In this document: positions 12,143 to 26,005 of the stretch, piece after piece
Layout of the letters: every line of letters starts with the position of its first letter
How positions within the stretch are numbered: position 1 is the stretch's first letter
NCBI GenBank assembly: GCA_030264375.1
Contig: JASCQW010000146.1
Coordinates: 26,159,232-26,223,231, forward strand
Reading direction: 5' to 3'
Length of the DNA stretch: 64,000 bases
Origin: Carcharhinus longimanus
Lineage: Eukaryota
The notes under the pieces: model-generated
Databases searched by the model: none
What the model was told of the DNA's origin: nothing
Seen by the model: the letters and a program-made list of their open reading frames with translations, nothing else
Made by a program: the position numbers and the translations under genes

Positions 12143-15100
12143 GTAAGAATACTGGATATGGAGAAGGATAATTGTTTCGGCAGGAAGGTTGTGAATAGAT
12201 CATGTGATGAAACACCCAGCAATATTTTCAAACAGATTTGACAATCTTAATGAAATCTAAATTTGCTTCCCAATTATTGCTGAAGAGACACTCAAAACAA
12301 CTTACGATGGACTTCTCTTTATTCAATTTCACATTACAAAGAGACTGGAAAACAAAAATAAAATACCGTGGGTTCAATTAATCAGATTAAACCACAGCAA
12401 TGGAATGGAAAAGCACACAGTCACATGGAAATTGATCACTTCTTTTGAAGGGTGCATTAATGAATGGTTTCTTTTACTGTGTTCAATTACCAGTTCTTGT
12501 CTGACATCACCTTAAGGTGTTAAGAGCCAAGCAATTAACAATCATCATGATTGTACAATTGTAGATTAAAGTAAAAATTTGGGAGTTAATGCAATGAGTT
12601 TGGAATATCAAGTACACGGCCTCGTTCCCAATATGATTTGTAAAACACATTTGTGAATGCATGCAACGGTATAAATATTTAATCTTAAAACTGTAATTGT
12701 CAATGCTGCCCAGCAGTCACTATTTGGAGCATTTACCACTCAGCACACATACATTTTCTATCACTTACATTTGTAAGACATTTAATGATTCTTTAATCTA
12801 CAGCCTTAATTTTCTATAGAAGGAATGTGAGGTAGAATCAAATCAATTTCTGCTTTAGCAACTATGTTGGATAAACTTAGCATGAATATTTGGAAAAATG
12901 ATTCTTCCTTCTACCCACCAACCATACTCAAGGTCACATACCAGCTTCCAGTGACTGGAACAGGAAGGCATGCTTGCTCTCCATTTTAAATGCCATCAGA
13001 ACTCGCCTGCTAAACTGAAACAGCCTGACTAGAAGTAAAGAAAAAAATGACATTGCACTGCCTCCCTCTCCTCACAGTATCACAAGCTAGTAAAACATAG
13101 TTAGAAAGTCATAACATTAGGCCCTGGTCAAAGGAAGGAAATAAAATTGATGTGCACTTTAATATGCCCACAGGCTGCTCAGCAGTCAGGATTGAGATTT
13201 GAGATGCATGTCCTCAGAAGCCCATTTTCCAGATAAAACTCAAGCGCTTTCAAGCTAGGTTTTCAGAACCTCTGAATTAATTAATGGATATTCCTTACAA
13301 CATTATATCAATTTACATCTTCTCCAAGTATATGAAAAATTCTTTATATCCATCCTCCTTCAAGGTAGTCAAACTCCTCCCAATGTCACTCTAACCAACC
13401 GCATACACATTGAAAAGCGCAACCTGGAAGGAGCCACAATCAAGTGCTATAACCCTGTCCAGTCAAAACTTAAAAGATGCTATTTTAAAAGTTAGATTTC
13501 TCAATGCTTTTTTCTAAGAAAGATACGCACTGATACGCTAAATTTTATCCATTAAAAGTACAATACCATATACAACTAGTCAGTCACATCTGAAGAGGTA
13601 GACAGAAAGAAGCGAACGTATTCATAATGGGAAAGCAATGAATCACATTGAAGGAAGGTCTCTCACACTCAAAAAAAACAAACTTGATCCAACTCAATTA
13701 CGTACAGATGGCGACAGACATTAAAAACTAGCAATAGATTATTCAGAAATTAATCTAGCAACATCTCTGCAGCAGTGGAGAGCAAATGAAAGAAAATGCC
13801 ACAGTTAAAAAGCTAATCTCATTAATTCTCCCTCACATCCTCCAAAATTATCTACCTAATGTTACACAGATGTCATGACATGCTATTTTTATTGAAGATA
13901 TATGTGAAATGCATCAGGTGGAATCCAGGTACAGCAATGAGTTACCAAATCCAACCTTTAAGAAATCTAGTGCAAGTGCATATCACATGCTGTATATAGG
14001 ATTGTCGGAGTAGGATTCTGTTTTGTGGCAAATGGATCCAAGAGTAGTGTTACAATGCTTCAATGAAGTATCATTCAATACATATCAAAAACCTCAGATC
14101 TGTAATTTTACATGAATTTAACTTAGATTCTGCTGGAGCAGTTCCTGAAAAGGAATCAAACTCTTGTGAAGGTGATGGCGTTCACAGAAACAAGGACATT
14201 TTCATTTTTTGCATAATTTTCAGCTACATGATGTACTGAACTGCTAATCAACTTGCATCACAATATGTTCGTCAGTAAAGACAGTTTGCATAACGTTTAA
14301 CATTTTCTGTACTTTTAAAAGTAAAAGTCTTTAACTTCTTTGCCAGCCAAATTTGTTTGTTACTCTAAAAAGCTCACATGAAGCGCAGTGCCCATTTTTG
14401 AAAAGTATTTTACATAAACACTGAGCGTAACTAAGGGTAATGTTATATCACTGCAGTTTATGAAATCATTTTAATAGTTTGTGACAAAGACCCAGGGTTC
14501 TACACCATATTTCCAATTCATTGTAACGGATCCAGAGGGAATTTCTTGGATAGAACTAAACCAATCATTCAACAAGTGACTTTGACACCGTTTAAATAAT
14601 TGTCCCCTTTTCCTACTGCTCAACAGCTGTTCTACTCCTCAACGTACAGCACAGAACTATGTCAAATGCTTTAGAATTGGCAGACCTCACTGGAGGGCAA
14701 GCAAGAATGATGTTCAGCATGCTAGGCTGGATCCAGACCTCTGGCTAGCAGAACTATGCTCATTGGAGGTAATGTGTTATAACTTCTGGGAGATATTTTG
14801 AGAATGGAACATTCTTTTAAAATTTCAGGACAGTACAAACAGTACTCCCATAGGTGGTGATCCTCCATTTGTAACCCTGTCCTCACTTAATGGTCAAACA
14901 TATAGATTCTCCTGTCGGACTCACTTAATAGCAATCGGTTAATGGGGGACAGGTTGTCTTGGTGGATTCCTCCCTTCCATAGCCCAGGGTGTTGAGGTCA
15001 AATATCATGCCATGTATTGCTGCAGTTGAGATAAAAGTGGAGTTACCTGCAGCTTTTCAATGCAATTTCCACACTTTGCTCTCACCGGTTTGGTACAATA

Positions 15101-15892
15101 TGTTAGGCAAACATTCCCTTTATAGACTCCACTGCACTCACAAACTTAGATAGAAAATACGCAACAACCTTATTGCTATGACACCTGCCTCCATTTTGAC
15201 AACCTAGCCATTACGGATCACCACTCGTGATGCACCGGTGAACTGCTGATAGAGATTTATGATCCCGGCAATTGCCTAGTCTGCAATCTCATGTTGGTAG
15301 CCCTTGGGTTCATTCCATGTTTTATTTTACTTTTCATTCTTGAATAGACATGATTCTTCATTGCTGTTTCTTGGTCCCGTCAGCCAGTACAGCAGAACCA
15401 TCTAAGCCTTGCAACTTCTCCACAATTACACAGTTAAATAACAAGAAGTGAGTGCATCAATTTGCAGGCAAAGCACAAAAAGTAGAGCATACTGATTTTG
15501 AAACTTTAACTCTAGTTGAGGTGAAATTGGACTGAGGCTTGAGCCCAAGATCAGAAAGTATGGGTAACCCTTCTTGTTTTGAGAAACTTTATAAATTATA
15601 CCGCAAAATAAAAGCTGCATTAGGAATATTTTTCTGACTATTTGAATGGAAAGAGTTAAAGTTGAATAGGTACTTCCTGTCAAACGCCATTATCACTGAA
15701 CTGATAAAATTACCTCTGAAGAGACTGTGCCAGTACAAATTGTGGATATATCCACTCTACTTTACATTAAGAAGAAATATTAACTATTACAAATAAAATG
15801 GTCCGTCAAAGATCTGAGGTTGGTAGCACATGGCTTGGTTTCAGGTGAAAGTTGAAAGATTGAGGAGGGCTTTACAGATTTGCTCTTTTCAG

Positions 15893-15943
15893 TCAGACTG
15901 GTGGGAGCTGCTTTGCAATGAATTCTTTCACTGCAATCATTTC
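15893..15943 (-). CDS. LYPLA2: Acyl-protein thioesterase 2, last coding exon (exon 10)
   Basis: cacag|GAA..TGA, 51 nt; EMIAVKEFIAKQLPPV* vs human EMAAVKEFLEKLLPPV*. Confidence 0.95.
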   Translation of the reverse strand, partial: EMIAVKEFIAKQLPPV

Positions 15944-16239
15944 CTGTGTGATGAAAGAACAAACTCCCATTAAACTCTTCAGTTCAGAAAGGGAAGAAAA
16001 TGTTATTTAAGTCTTCATGATTCCATGAAAGCAATGCACATTTTTTTCCAATTTATATTCTATGAATAAAATTAAGTTCCTTGTACCAATATTTGTCTCC
16101 TCAAGTCTGCTCTGCTACATGGCTGTACTGTTTGTGACCTCAAATCCACTTTTTCTTCCTAATCACTTGCTGTACATGCATTTTAACATTTCGTCATGCA
16201 TTTATCAAGATCCCTCTTTATCTCAGAGTGCTGCAGTCA

Positions 16240-17075
16240 ATCTCTCCATTTAAATAATATTCTGCTTTTCAATTTTTTCTGTCAAGGGGACAAGTTAACA
16301 TTGTCCCTCAAGGTACTCCAATTAGCAAATTTTTGCTCACTCAACCAATCTATATCCCTTTACAAACCCCTTATGTCCTCTTAACTTACTTTCCTACCTA
16401 TCTCTGTGTCATCAGCAAATTTGGGAACCATATATTCAGTCCCTTCATCCAAGTCATTGATATAAATTGTAAATGACTGAGGCCCCAGCACTGCTCGGTG
16501 CAGCTCCTCATATCTTACCAATTTATGCCTACTTTGCTAACTAACCTCAATCCTCTATCCATGCTAATATAATGTTACCACCTACACAAAGAGATTGATT
16601 TTGTGTAGAAGCCTTTGATGTAGTACCTTGTCAAATGTCTTCTGGAAAGCCAGAGTACACCACATCTACAGGGTCCACATTATCCATGTTGCTTCCCAAA
16701 GAACCCTAATAAATTGGTCAAACAATTTCCCTTTGATAGAACCACAGTGACTCTGCATGGATGCACTCAGATTTTCCAAGTGCCCTGCTACAACCTGCTT
16801 AATAATAAGATTCCAGCATTTTCACCAACAGATGTTATGCTAACTGCCCTGTAGTTTCCTATCTCCTTCATTTCCTGAATACAGGAGTACATCCCCTAAT
16901 TTCTAATTTGATGGGACCTTTGCAAAATCTAGGAAATTTTAGAAAATTAAAACCAATGTGTCAATGCCTCAGCAGCCACTCTTCTTATGGCCCCAGGATG
17001 AAGTCCCTCAAGACCTGGGGCCTGCCAGCCTTTAGTTTTAATGATTTTCTCAATACCCTTTCCTTGGCAATTGTA
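16240..17075 (-). mobile_element. CR1-type LINE RT fragment
   Basis: Minus strand shows KFADDT (aaatttgctgatgacaca near 16405-16422) and DFQKTFDKV-like remnants. Confidence 0.75.
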
Positions 17076-17329
17076 TGTGTTTTAAGCTCTATTGCAATGA
17101 CGCATGCAAATCTGCTCTGCACCACAAAAATGGCTCTGGGCATAGCTTTAAATAGAATGAATGCAACTCTCCTTATCTTGTGACTGAACACAATCAATCA
17201 CATCAGTCACCTCCTACGTAATCACTGTTATCCAACTTGATGGGGTTCAATTAGTTAAGTTCAACTTATGCAATCATGACAAAACTTGTTTTGCTGCAAC
17301 CTCACACAAACAGCCGTGCAAACTTTTTA

Positions 17330-18215
17330 AATAATTCATTTGTGGGATATGGACAGAGCTGACTAAGCCAACATTTATTGCCTATCCCTAATTGACCTTG
17401 ACAAGGTTGTGCTGAGCTGCCTCCTTGAACTGTTGCAGTCCATGTGGCTGTTGGGCAGGATGGTCCAGGATCTTGACACAGAGATTGTGAAGGAATGGCA
17501 ATATAGTTCATAGTCAGGATGGTGTTTGACTTGGAAGGGAACTTCCAGGTGATGGCGTTTCCATGTACCAGCTGCCTTTGTCCTTCTGGGTGATAGTGGT
17601 CATGGGTTTGGAAGGTGCTGCCTAAGGTGCCTTGGTGAGTTCCTGCAGTGCATCTTGCAGATGGTACACACTGGACCCATTGTACTTTGGCAGTGGAAGG
17701 AGTGAATGTTTGTGGAAAGGGTTAATCAAGGAGGCTACTTTTTCCTAGATGGCTCTGAGCTGCCATGTATTGTTGGAGCTGCACTCATCTGGGCAAGTGG
17801 AGAGTCTTCCATCACACTCCTGACATGTGCCTTGTAGATTGTGGGCAGGCTCTGGGGAGTCGGGGATAAGCTACACGATGCAGGATTCCTAGCCTCTGAC
17901 CTACTCTTGTAGCCACTGTATTTATGTGGCTAATCCAATTCAGTTTCTGGTGAATGGTAACCCCTCAGGATGCAGATAGCTGGGAATATAGCAATTTAAT
18001 ATTAAGGGACGATGGTTAGACACTCTCTTGCTGGAGATGGTCATTGCCCAACACTGGTATGGCTCACATATTACTTGCCACTTGTTAGCTCAAGCCTGGT
18101 TATTGTCCAGGTCTTGCTGCATTTGCTGTGGACTGCTTCAATATCTGAAGAGTTGTGAATGGTGCTGAACATTATACAATCATCATCAAACATCCCCACT
18201 TCTGATCAGAAGGAA
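17330..18215 (-). mobile_element. LINE 3' fragment (CR1/L2 group) with gggcaataaatgctggc-type tail
   Basis: MFDDD remnant near 18180-18195 on the minus strand; tail shared with repeats near 27530, 30105 and 54465. Confidence 0.6.
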
Positions 18216-18449
18216 GGTCACAAAAAAATAAGCCATGTTTGTCAAGTCTACAATTATTCCTAATGAGGCTACTTGGCCCGTTTTGGCTAAGTGATTACTT
18301 CAACATTGCTTTCTCTTTCAGCATTTTGTCAACTAATTTATGGGACAAAATCGTAAAGGGCTATATCTAGGTGATAGCACCAATATTATTAAGTATGCAA
18401 ATGCTCAAATTATGTGCATTATACATAATAATATATAAATTTTGTATCA

Positions 18450-18653
<204 letters not shown>

Positions 18654-19731
18654 CTAGAATTATCAAAAAATCCATACATTTTAAAAATAATATTCAATTC
18701 TCAATGTAGCTTTCTTGCTGTCAGTTTAAATAATTGAAAAATATCCAGAAAGGGCAAGCTAATAAATGTGCGCATTTTTATGCATTTACACACCCGAATT
18801 AGTTCAGAAACATCATCTGGTCATATTGTTGTTAGAATCTAAAATTCACCAATCCCAAACCTTCCCATTCAGCCCTGCTTCTATAAGACAAGTCCCTCCC
18901 ATTTTATTGAATTTTATTAAACGCAAACTGAAATGGTGAGTAGATAATTTTCCACTTCATTGAGTGACAGACCAGAGCAACCAAGGTCACCCAATTTCAT
19001 TCAATTTTAAACAAAAACATTGCAAATCTAGACTTAAGTATATGTGTACATAGATAAGTCAAACTGATTTTGACTGTTGGATCTCAGTGGGATTAATATA
19101 CACAGTTCTTGTATATCTTTCCATTAGTTTGGTGCCACAAAAAAAATGCAATACTCTAGATGGGGTTGGACCAAAAAGGTTGGACCTCTTGCCCAACAGA
19201 ACTACCCCCTCCTTACTTGTGCATTCCAAACCCTTAGAGACAAACTGTTTTGTACTTTTCCACTGATGTTTACTTATCTATTCACGTGCACACCAAAATC
19301 CTTTGGTGCTGCACACCTCAGACTCTCACCAAGAATTTCATAAGATCCAAAAGTCCAGCACCATTAGAGTCCTGAATAATTAGAGCTTTAAGTTGCAAAA
19401 ATATCATAGAATTTCAGAGAATTGTTACAGTGCAAGAAAGCCATTTGACTCATCATGTCTGCACTTGCTCTCCAAATGAGGATTATGATTTAGTGCTCTT
19501 CTCTGTAGCCCTGCACATTGTTTCTATTCAAATAACCACCCAATACCCTTTTGAATGCCTCAATTGAACCTGCCTCCACCACACTCCCAGATAGTGCATT
19601 TCAGACCCGAAACATCTATTGTGTGAAAATATTTTTTTCAAACATCACATCTGCTTATTTTTCAAATCATTTTCAATCTGCACCCTCATGTTCTTGATCC
19701 ATTTACAAGCAGAAACAGTTTCTCCCCATCA

Positions 19732-19986
<255 letters not shown>

Positions 19987-20060
19987 CTATAGTGAGAAGA
20001 GAGTCATTATTTTTCTTGATCATTCAAAAAAGGTACTGAATAAATTTGGAAATAATTCTA

Positions 20061-20165
<105 letters not shown>

Positions 20166-20862
20166 TTATTATAATAAACCACATTCCCCTAATCCCTCTC
20201 ACACATGGATCTCTGGATATAAATTTGCAGGCATGCATTACAGAAGAAAGCTTTTTTATATACTCCATGCCCTACATGTATTATTTAATCTTTGCCACAC
20301 CCATATAACCTAGATTTGCCTTTGTATCCATTCATGTTTATTTTGTGGCAGCTGTTTCAGTCTGAAGCCCACTGTGATACTATTTTACCTCCTTGGCTCT
20401 CACGCTTTCACTCATGCTGTCGGGTATGCTACCTTTTATCTCACCTCTTTCAGTTAGTTATTCCCCCACCTTTACCTCTACCTCTCCATTGCCAGCCAAT
20501 CTTTCTTGTCATCATTCCAGAGTTGAATTTCACTTGACCGTGTTTACCATAGGATACCTTCTATCTTCTCAACATACTATGACAGGACTATCATGGCACC
20601 CATTATCAAGCTGAGATAATGCTCCATCCTCCCCTCTTGCTAGCCTTTTCACACAGAATGCCTTTTGAAAGCCAACTGCCATCTTGTCTACTAGATCTGA
20701 CCCGCCCCTGGATCCTGCTGGCAAGCGCTGCCTCCCTCTGCAGGTGGTCTGCTCATTCACAAACTAGGTCTTTGTAACCTTTGGAATTCTCATCGCAAAC
20801 TCGCACCATCACAAATCCCTCCCCGCCATGCTCTAATAATACTCTTAAAATGTATTTCAAAA

Positions 20863-20982
20863 GGCAGGATTTTCCCATCACGCCCAGCAGGGGAATCGTA
20901 ACAGGCACGACACATACAAAGGTCCGTTGATTTCGGGCAGGATTTGTCGGCCTTGGGGTGAGTGCGGCTGGAAGATCCCGCC
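20863..20982. mobile_element. Short MITE-like element
   Basis: Imperfect terminal inverted repeats ggcaggattttcc / ggaagatcccgcc around a CpG-rich ~120 bp core. Confidence 0.45.
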
Positions 20983-21164
20983 TTAAGTCACCCTCCCTAA
21001 TCGTAACACCTTTAGCAGGATACTCATTGTTCATTGTATCTCTGAAAATCTGTTAGAAGATAATATTTAAATACAAGATGTTGCATACTTAAAGTACTCA
21101 GCTGGTCCTAATTGAAGTGTGCTGCAGGATTTAAAAAGGATTTGATACAGGAAGGGGGACTTAC

Positions 21165-21235
21165 TGCAGTCAGAAGCTTTCTTTATACCGGTTTCATCTT
21201 CTGCATCTTCTGGGTTTAGTCCTGCCAAGTCAAAC
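21165..21235 (-). CDS. LYPLA2: Acyl-protein thioesterase 2, exon 6
   Basis: aaag|G TTT..TGC A|gtaag, 71 nt; (W)FDLAGLNPEDAEDETGIKKASDC. Confidence 0.95.
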
Positions 21236-21425
21236 CTTTCAAACAGAAGAGAATAAGATTTTGCTGTACTCTCAGTTATAATGCATAATTAAACAAAATA
21301 AAGTTAAAGCTTAATTAAATATTAAAAATAATGATTTGCGTTCTGCTTTAAGAATGGTTGAATTATAAATGGAAAATAGCACCTCCAACACTGCTCTGTG
21401 ACAATGGCTTAAGGATCATCCTCTT

Positions 21426-21723
21426 GGCACAGTGGCACAATGGTTATCACTGCTGCCTCACAGCGACAGGGACCCGGGTTTAATTCCTGTCTTGGGTCAC
21501 TGTCTGTGCAGAGCTTGCACGTTCTCCCCATATCTGCGTGGGTTTCCTCCGGTTGCTCTGGTTTCCTCCCACAGTCTGAAAGATGTGCTGGTTAGGTGCA
21601 TTGGCCATGCTAAATTCTCCCTTGGTATACCCGAACAGTGCTGGAGTGTGGCGACTAGGGGATTTTTACAGTAACTTCATTGCAGCATTAATGTAAACCT
21701 ACTTTGTGACACTAATAAATAAA
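21426..21723 (+). mobile_element. tRNA-derived V-SINE (HE1-like shark SINE)
   Basis: A/B-box head gtggcacaatggtta..gggtttaattcc; V-domain ttgcacgttctcccc..gtgggtttcctccgg; aataaataaa tail. Confidence 0.85.
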
Positions 21724-21993
21724 TTTTAAACAATACCAAATCAATACACCTGAAAGGTTAACTTGTCTTTTTTCCTCTTTAGAGCAATGAATTGATCTAC
21801 ATGGAACTTCCAGCATTTCTAATTTCAAATTTGCAGTTTCTTTTCTATTTACACAAAATAAATGTCTGATTCGGCTTCTTATCACTATACAATCATTCTA
21901 CTAGCTGATCACCTGTGGTGTTCCACTCAAGCAATCAAAAGCAAAAGCTAAATCACGAAAGAAAATTAAGAAAAGTAAATCTGACAAACTCAC

Positions 21994-22041
21994 CATGATG
22001 GCATAGGTATGGACCTATTCAATTGCACAGGAATCTTGGGC
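21994..22041 (-). CDS. LYPLA2: Acyl-protein thioesterase 2, exon 5 (beta-tongue)
   Basis: tcag|G CCC..TCA TG|gtgag, 48 nt; (A)PKIPVQLNRSIPMPS(W). Confidence 0.93.
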
Positions 22042-22952
22042 CTGAATAAATTTTTAAAAATTAAATTCAGTCCAGAAATTATCTCCCAAATGTACTTATT
22101 TAACTTCAAATTAATGCACATTTCAATACAATTTAGGTATAATCGTTAACTTAAATGTAAGTTGTTTCCTGCTATTTCATAGATTTTCTTTTGAAGAACA
22201 CCACATTATTCTTTTATACACAACATAGCCTTTTTTGAATTTTTAATCCATTCTGACAACTTACAAAGCCATTGTGCAGAGTGAATTCAACAAGCCCAAA
22301 TCCATCTAATCCCCTATATTTCAGCAGCTTTTGGATGATTAATGGAACAGTTTGGATCATGCTCAGCTAACTCATTTCCAACAGGGGGCAGCAAGAGGGT
22401 TAGGTAGGAAAACAGATTTCTCTACCCGACCGAGATACATACTGGAAATGCACATGCATCTGCTGAGTGAATAGTTTACCATCACTTATCAAAGATCAAC
22501 ATAAAGAATGGTGCCTTAGACAGGTCTCCTTGAGCTACTCAATTTGTGTATAACTCAAGCAGGTTAGCAATGTGTTCAGGAGAGATCAGGAAAGGAGAAA
22601 AATCAAATAATTAAAACTGGTGATTAAACTGACGTGAGGTTGAAAGTCATTCAGCTTTCTGCAGAATCACACACACTGGTTTTGATAATCTGGATCCAGC
22701 TCAAAAAGGTTTCATATTCCTCCTCAAACCAGCCGCAGCTGTTATATGATTGCCAGGCTCCAACAATTCCGGTTACCATCAAGACGAGTAATAACAATGG
22801 CAAACATCATATAAAGCATTTTTACAATCTTGCCACCAAGATTCTCAGCTACTTTGCTCTTCAGGAGTATCATCAACAACTCAATGTTTCAGATTACTAC
22901 TCAAAAATAATAAAAAGTATTCATCAACAAATTTCGCACAAACAGCACTTAC

Positions 22953-23018
22953 GCATGAGGACAGATGTATTTGACATAGGGGAGTCGGATGGCGGACAGC
23001 GATTCAGCCCAACCATGT
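22953..23018 (-). CDS. LYPLA2: Acyl-protein thioesterase 2, exon 4
   Basis: tcag|A CAT..CAT GC|gtaag, 66 nt; (G)HGWAESLSAIRLPYVKYICPH(A). Confidence 0.96.
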
Positions 23019-23894
23019 CTGAAAAGAAGAATTCAAATTGTTCAGCTCCAAAATTTAATACATTTGCAACAGCTACAATAATCCAAAATGATTCCAGGGT
23101 GATGGATTTTTGCTACAAAGTTAGGCTGGAGAAGCAGTGGCTGTTTTACTTGGGAGCTCACAGGTAGTTTCGACAGGTTTTGAAATTTATGACAGCTTTA
23201 GATAATGATGTGGGTATGCCGGCGTTGGACTGGCGTAAACACAGTAAAAAGTCTGACAACACCAGGTTTTAGTCNNNNNNNNNNNNNNNNNNNNNNNNNN
23301 NNNNNNNNNNNNNNNNNNNNNNNNNNNNNNNNNNNNNNNNNNNNNNNNNNNNNNNNNNNNNNNNNNNNNNNNNNNNNNNNNNNNNAGAGGGTCATTGCTT
23401 TTTAACTGGTCGGCGCAACATCGTGGGCCGAAGGGCCTGTTCTGCGCTGTAATGTTCTATGTAATGACTGTAACACTATGATTATCAGATACAATGGTCC
23501 AGTTCAGGCGTTCTTTATTATATAGGCACAAGCAACTTCATTCTTCTTATTGGCAACAGACAGAAATTGTTAATGACAATTTTACTTCCTGCACAATCCA
23601 GTGGCAGCAGTTATGTATTTCTTCTGCAGTTGGTGGCAGAATCCAATCTTTGCTGTTCTAATAATTTTGCAGACTTTATATTTTGACGTGCTCTTGCAGA
23701 TTCTATTTAGTACATCTGGGATCATGTCAAGACGCTACTTCACAGCATGTACAAACACCGATACACAAAAAGCCAGTGCTGTATCAATTGCTAGATCCTT
23801 TCATGTGATGATACAAAAGGGAAATCTTGATATTTAGATTTGAGAGTGTTGTTATGGATTTCAGGAAGGGAGCCATGCTTCCTGACTGGATAGT

Positions 23895-23980
23895 AAAGGG
23901 GCAGAGCCCCGAAAGCTGGTGGCGTTTGGCACCAAATAAACCTGTTGGACTTTAACTTGGTGTTGTGAGACTTCAACACC
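23895..23980 (+). mobile_element. Penelope-like terminal repeat fragment (half hammerhead)
   Basis: ggggcagagccccgaaagctggtgg..aataaacctgttggactttaacttggtgttgtgagacttc; same family as 38263-38446 but lacks the CTGATGA core. Confidence 0.6.
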
Positions 23981-24999
23981 CTGTCCCATACAGGGCCACA
24001 AAGTGTCTGGAAATTGACAACAAATGTACATTAATATTTAGCAGGTCTCGTCTTTGTACATTAACAATTAATCGAGAACTAATAACATAGACCCTAGACC
24101 TACCGAAACTGGAATTCTGTTATGTAACATTATCTAATATGTAATGGTAAATGATCTCCGAGCATGGTACATGGCTATGGGAAGATATGTTTTGATGGGA
24201 CAGGGTGTAAAAGTCACACTATGAGAACGTGGTAATGGCCTTTCACTGCAAAGGTGGCTTGTTCTGAGTGTTCACATCTCTCATTGCAACAATATTAAAC
24301 TGTGTTGTAATTCTACATCCAGTCAGTGTCTCATCGTGATTTCTTTGTTTGTCTAGGCCACCTTCAAGTTGGTTAGTAGCTCTAATAAATTTTCCCCATA
24401 GCAATAAAGAGCAGCTCCCCCACCCAATTCCACTGCACAAGTGTTAATTGTGCTCATAGCCAAGTACAGTAATACCTTGAAAACTGTCCTCAATGAACTG
24501 ATTTGGAATAGCACATGAATCAAAGTCAAACCAGAAAGCATGATCCTCTGCTGATTTCTAAACCTTTTAATTAGATTTCAAAATAATGGCTTATCCAACT
24601 GTCTTTTAAAGGGTTACAACAACTGCATTTAAACAAAATTTACAAAGTTCTTCACGATAGCGACATCATACACAGGGTAGGAGTTAGGTGGAATTAGCAC
24701 AGAATATTAAATAATATAGCTTTAATTATTTTTAAGATATCTAGATCACAATTAACACAGCGTTACAATCAAAAACTAGTTTTAAACTGGTTAATGCTAG
24801 AGCAGTGTTTTCCAGTTGTGTGTGGCAGTTGAATTTAAGGAACAGTGTGTGAAACCAGAGGATTATAGACGGGCCAGCCATCTGTCACTGGGAAATAGTG
24901 AGAGTCCAGAATTAAGGATCAAGTGACTGAACATCTGGAAATTTTCTCACTGAACATAGTAGATCAGTATCAATTTATAAGGAGCTGGCCCTGCTGATG

Positions 25000-26005
25000 G
25001 ACTGATAGAAATTTTTGAAGAGGTGATTAAGTAACGGACACAGGAATTATCTATACAAATTTTGAAAAGACATTTGATGACAGTTCTCGCAAGACAGTTA
25101 GTCAAATTGGAATGGAGGGCATATTATTGACCTGGTTAGGAGAAGGCTGAGTAGCAGAAGACAGACAGAAGGCATAATTAGTTGGTACTCTAATTACCAG
25201 GATGTGAATAGTGGCCGCCTATCCATATTGGGGCCTCACCTATTCGGTGTACTTATTAAAGACATAGCCACATATTCAAGTCTGTCCATGGCACACTGAT
25301 AGGCAGCATTAATGCAATGTGTAGATCAAAGCATGAAGTACAATGAGAAGTTAATAGATGAATGATTCAAACTGTGTCAAATATATTTCAATATATGGCA
25401 GGTGTGGGGTCACTGAGTTATTTTGAAAAGGTGAAAAGTATGAAGCAGCGGAGGTCCAAAGAGACTTTGGTTGGGGTAAAGATCATAGAGGTAGTGTTCA
25501 GAGATCATCATGTCATGGGTAGGTATGAAAAATAATCAATAATATGAACAAATGCTGGTCTTTATATCTAAAGGAGAACAATACAAGTGGTTAGAAATAA
25601 TGCTAGAGCTGTACAAGACCCTGGTTAGATCATATCTGAAAGTACTGTGTTCAATTCTGGGTACTGGACTTTCGGATCAAACATGACCTTGGAGGGAAGA
25701 CAGTTTAGGTTTACTAGAATTATATAATTTAATTCCTTTAAATCCAGATATGAGGAGAGATTACACAAACTAGGATCATATTAAGTAGCATTTAGAAGAT
25801 TAAGGAATGATTTGATTGAGGTTAAGGTATTAAAGGGAACTTATAGTTTCTCTCTTTCTATTTCTACTGGTTGGGAAACTAGGTTCAGAGAACATAGCCT
25901 AAATGATTAGGGCAAGACATATCGTAAATGAAGTCACAAAGTCATTCCAAACAAGAGTAGCAAAAGTTTTGGATGGTCTTCTACCAAAGGTAGTTGATTC
26001 TGGGA
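25000..26005 (+). mobile_element. Old CR1-type LINE RT/3' fragment
   Basis: Decayed FEKTFD and LELYKTLVRSYL motifs. Confidence 0.65.

Noticed and set aside
5803-12300. Further duplicated LYPLA2 exons 3-8
   Set aside because: Only very short chance-level matches seen by eye (e.g. near 11365); needs a dot plot
21426-21500. tRNA gene
   Set aside because: tRNA-like A/B boxes continue into a V-SINE body and tail; it is a SINE head
22634-23167. 177-aa plus-strand ORF
   Set aside because: Antisense to LYPLA2 exon 4 and flanking introns; non-ATG start; no recognisable domain
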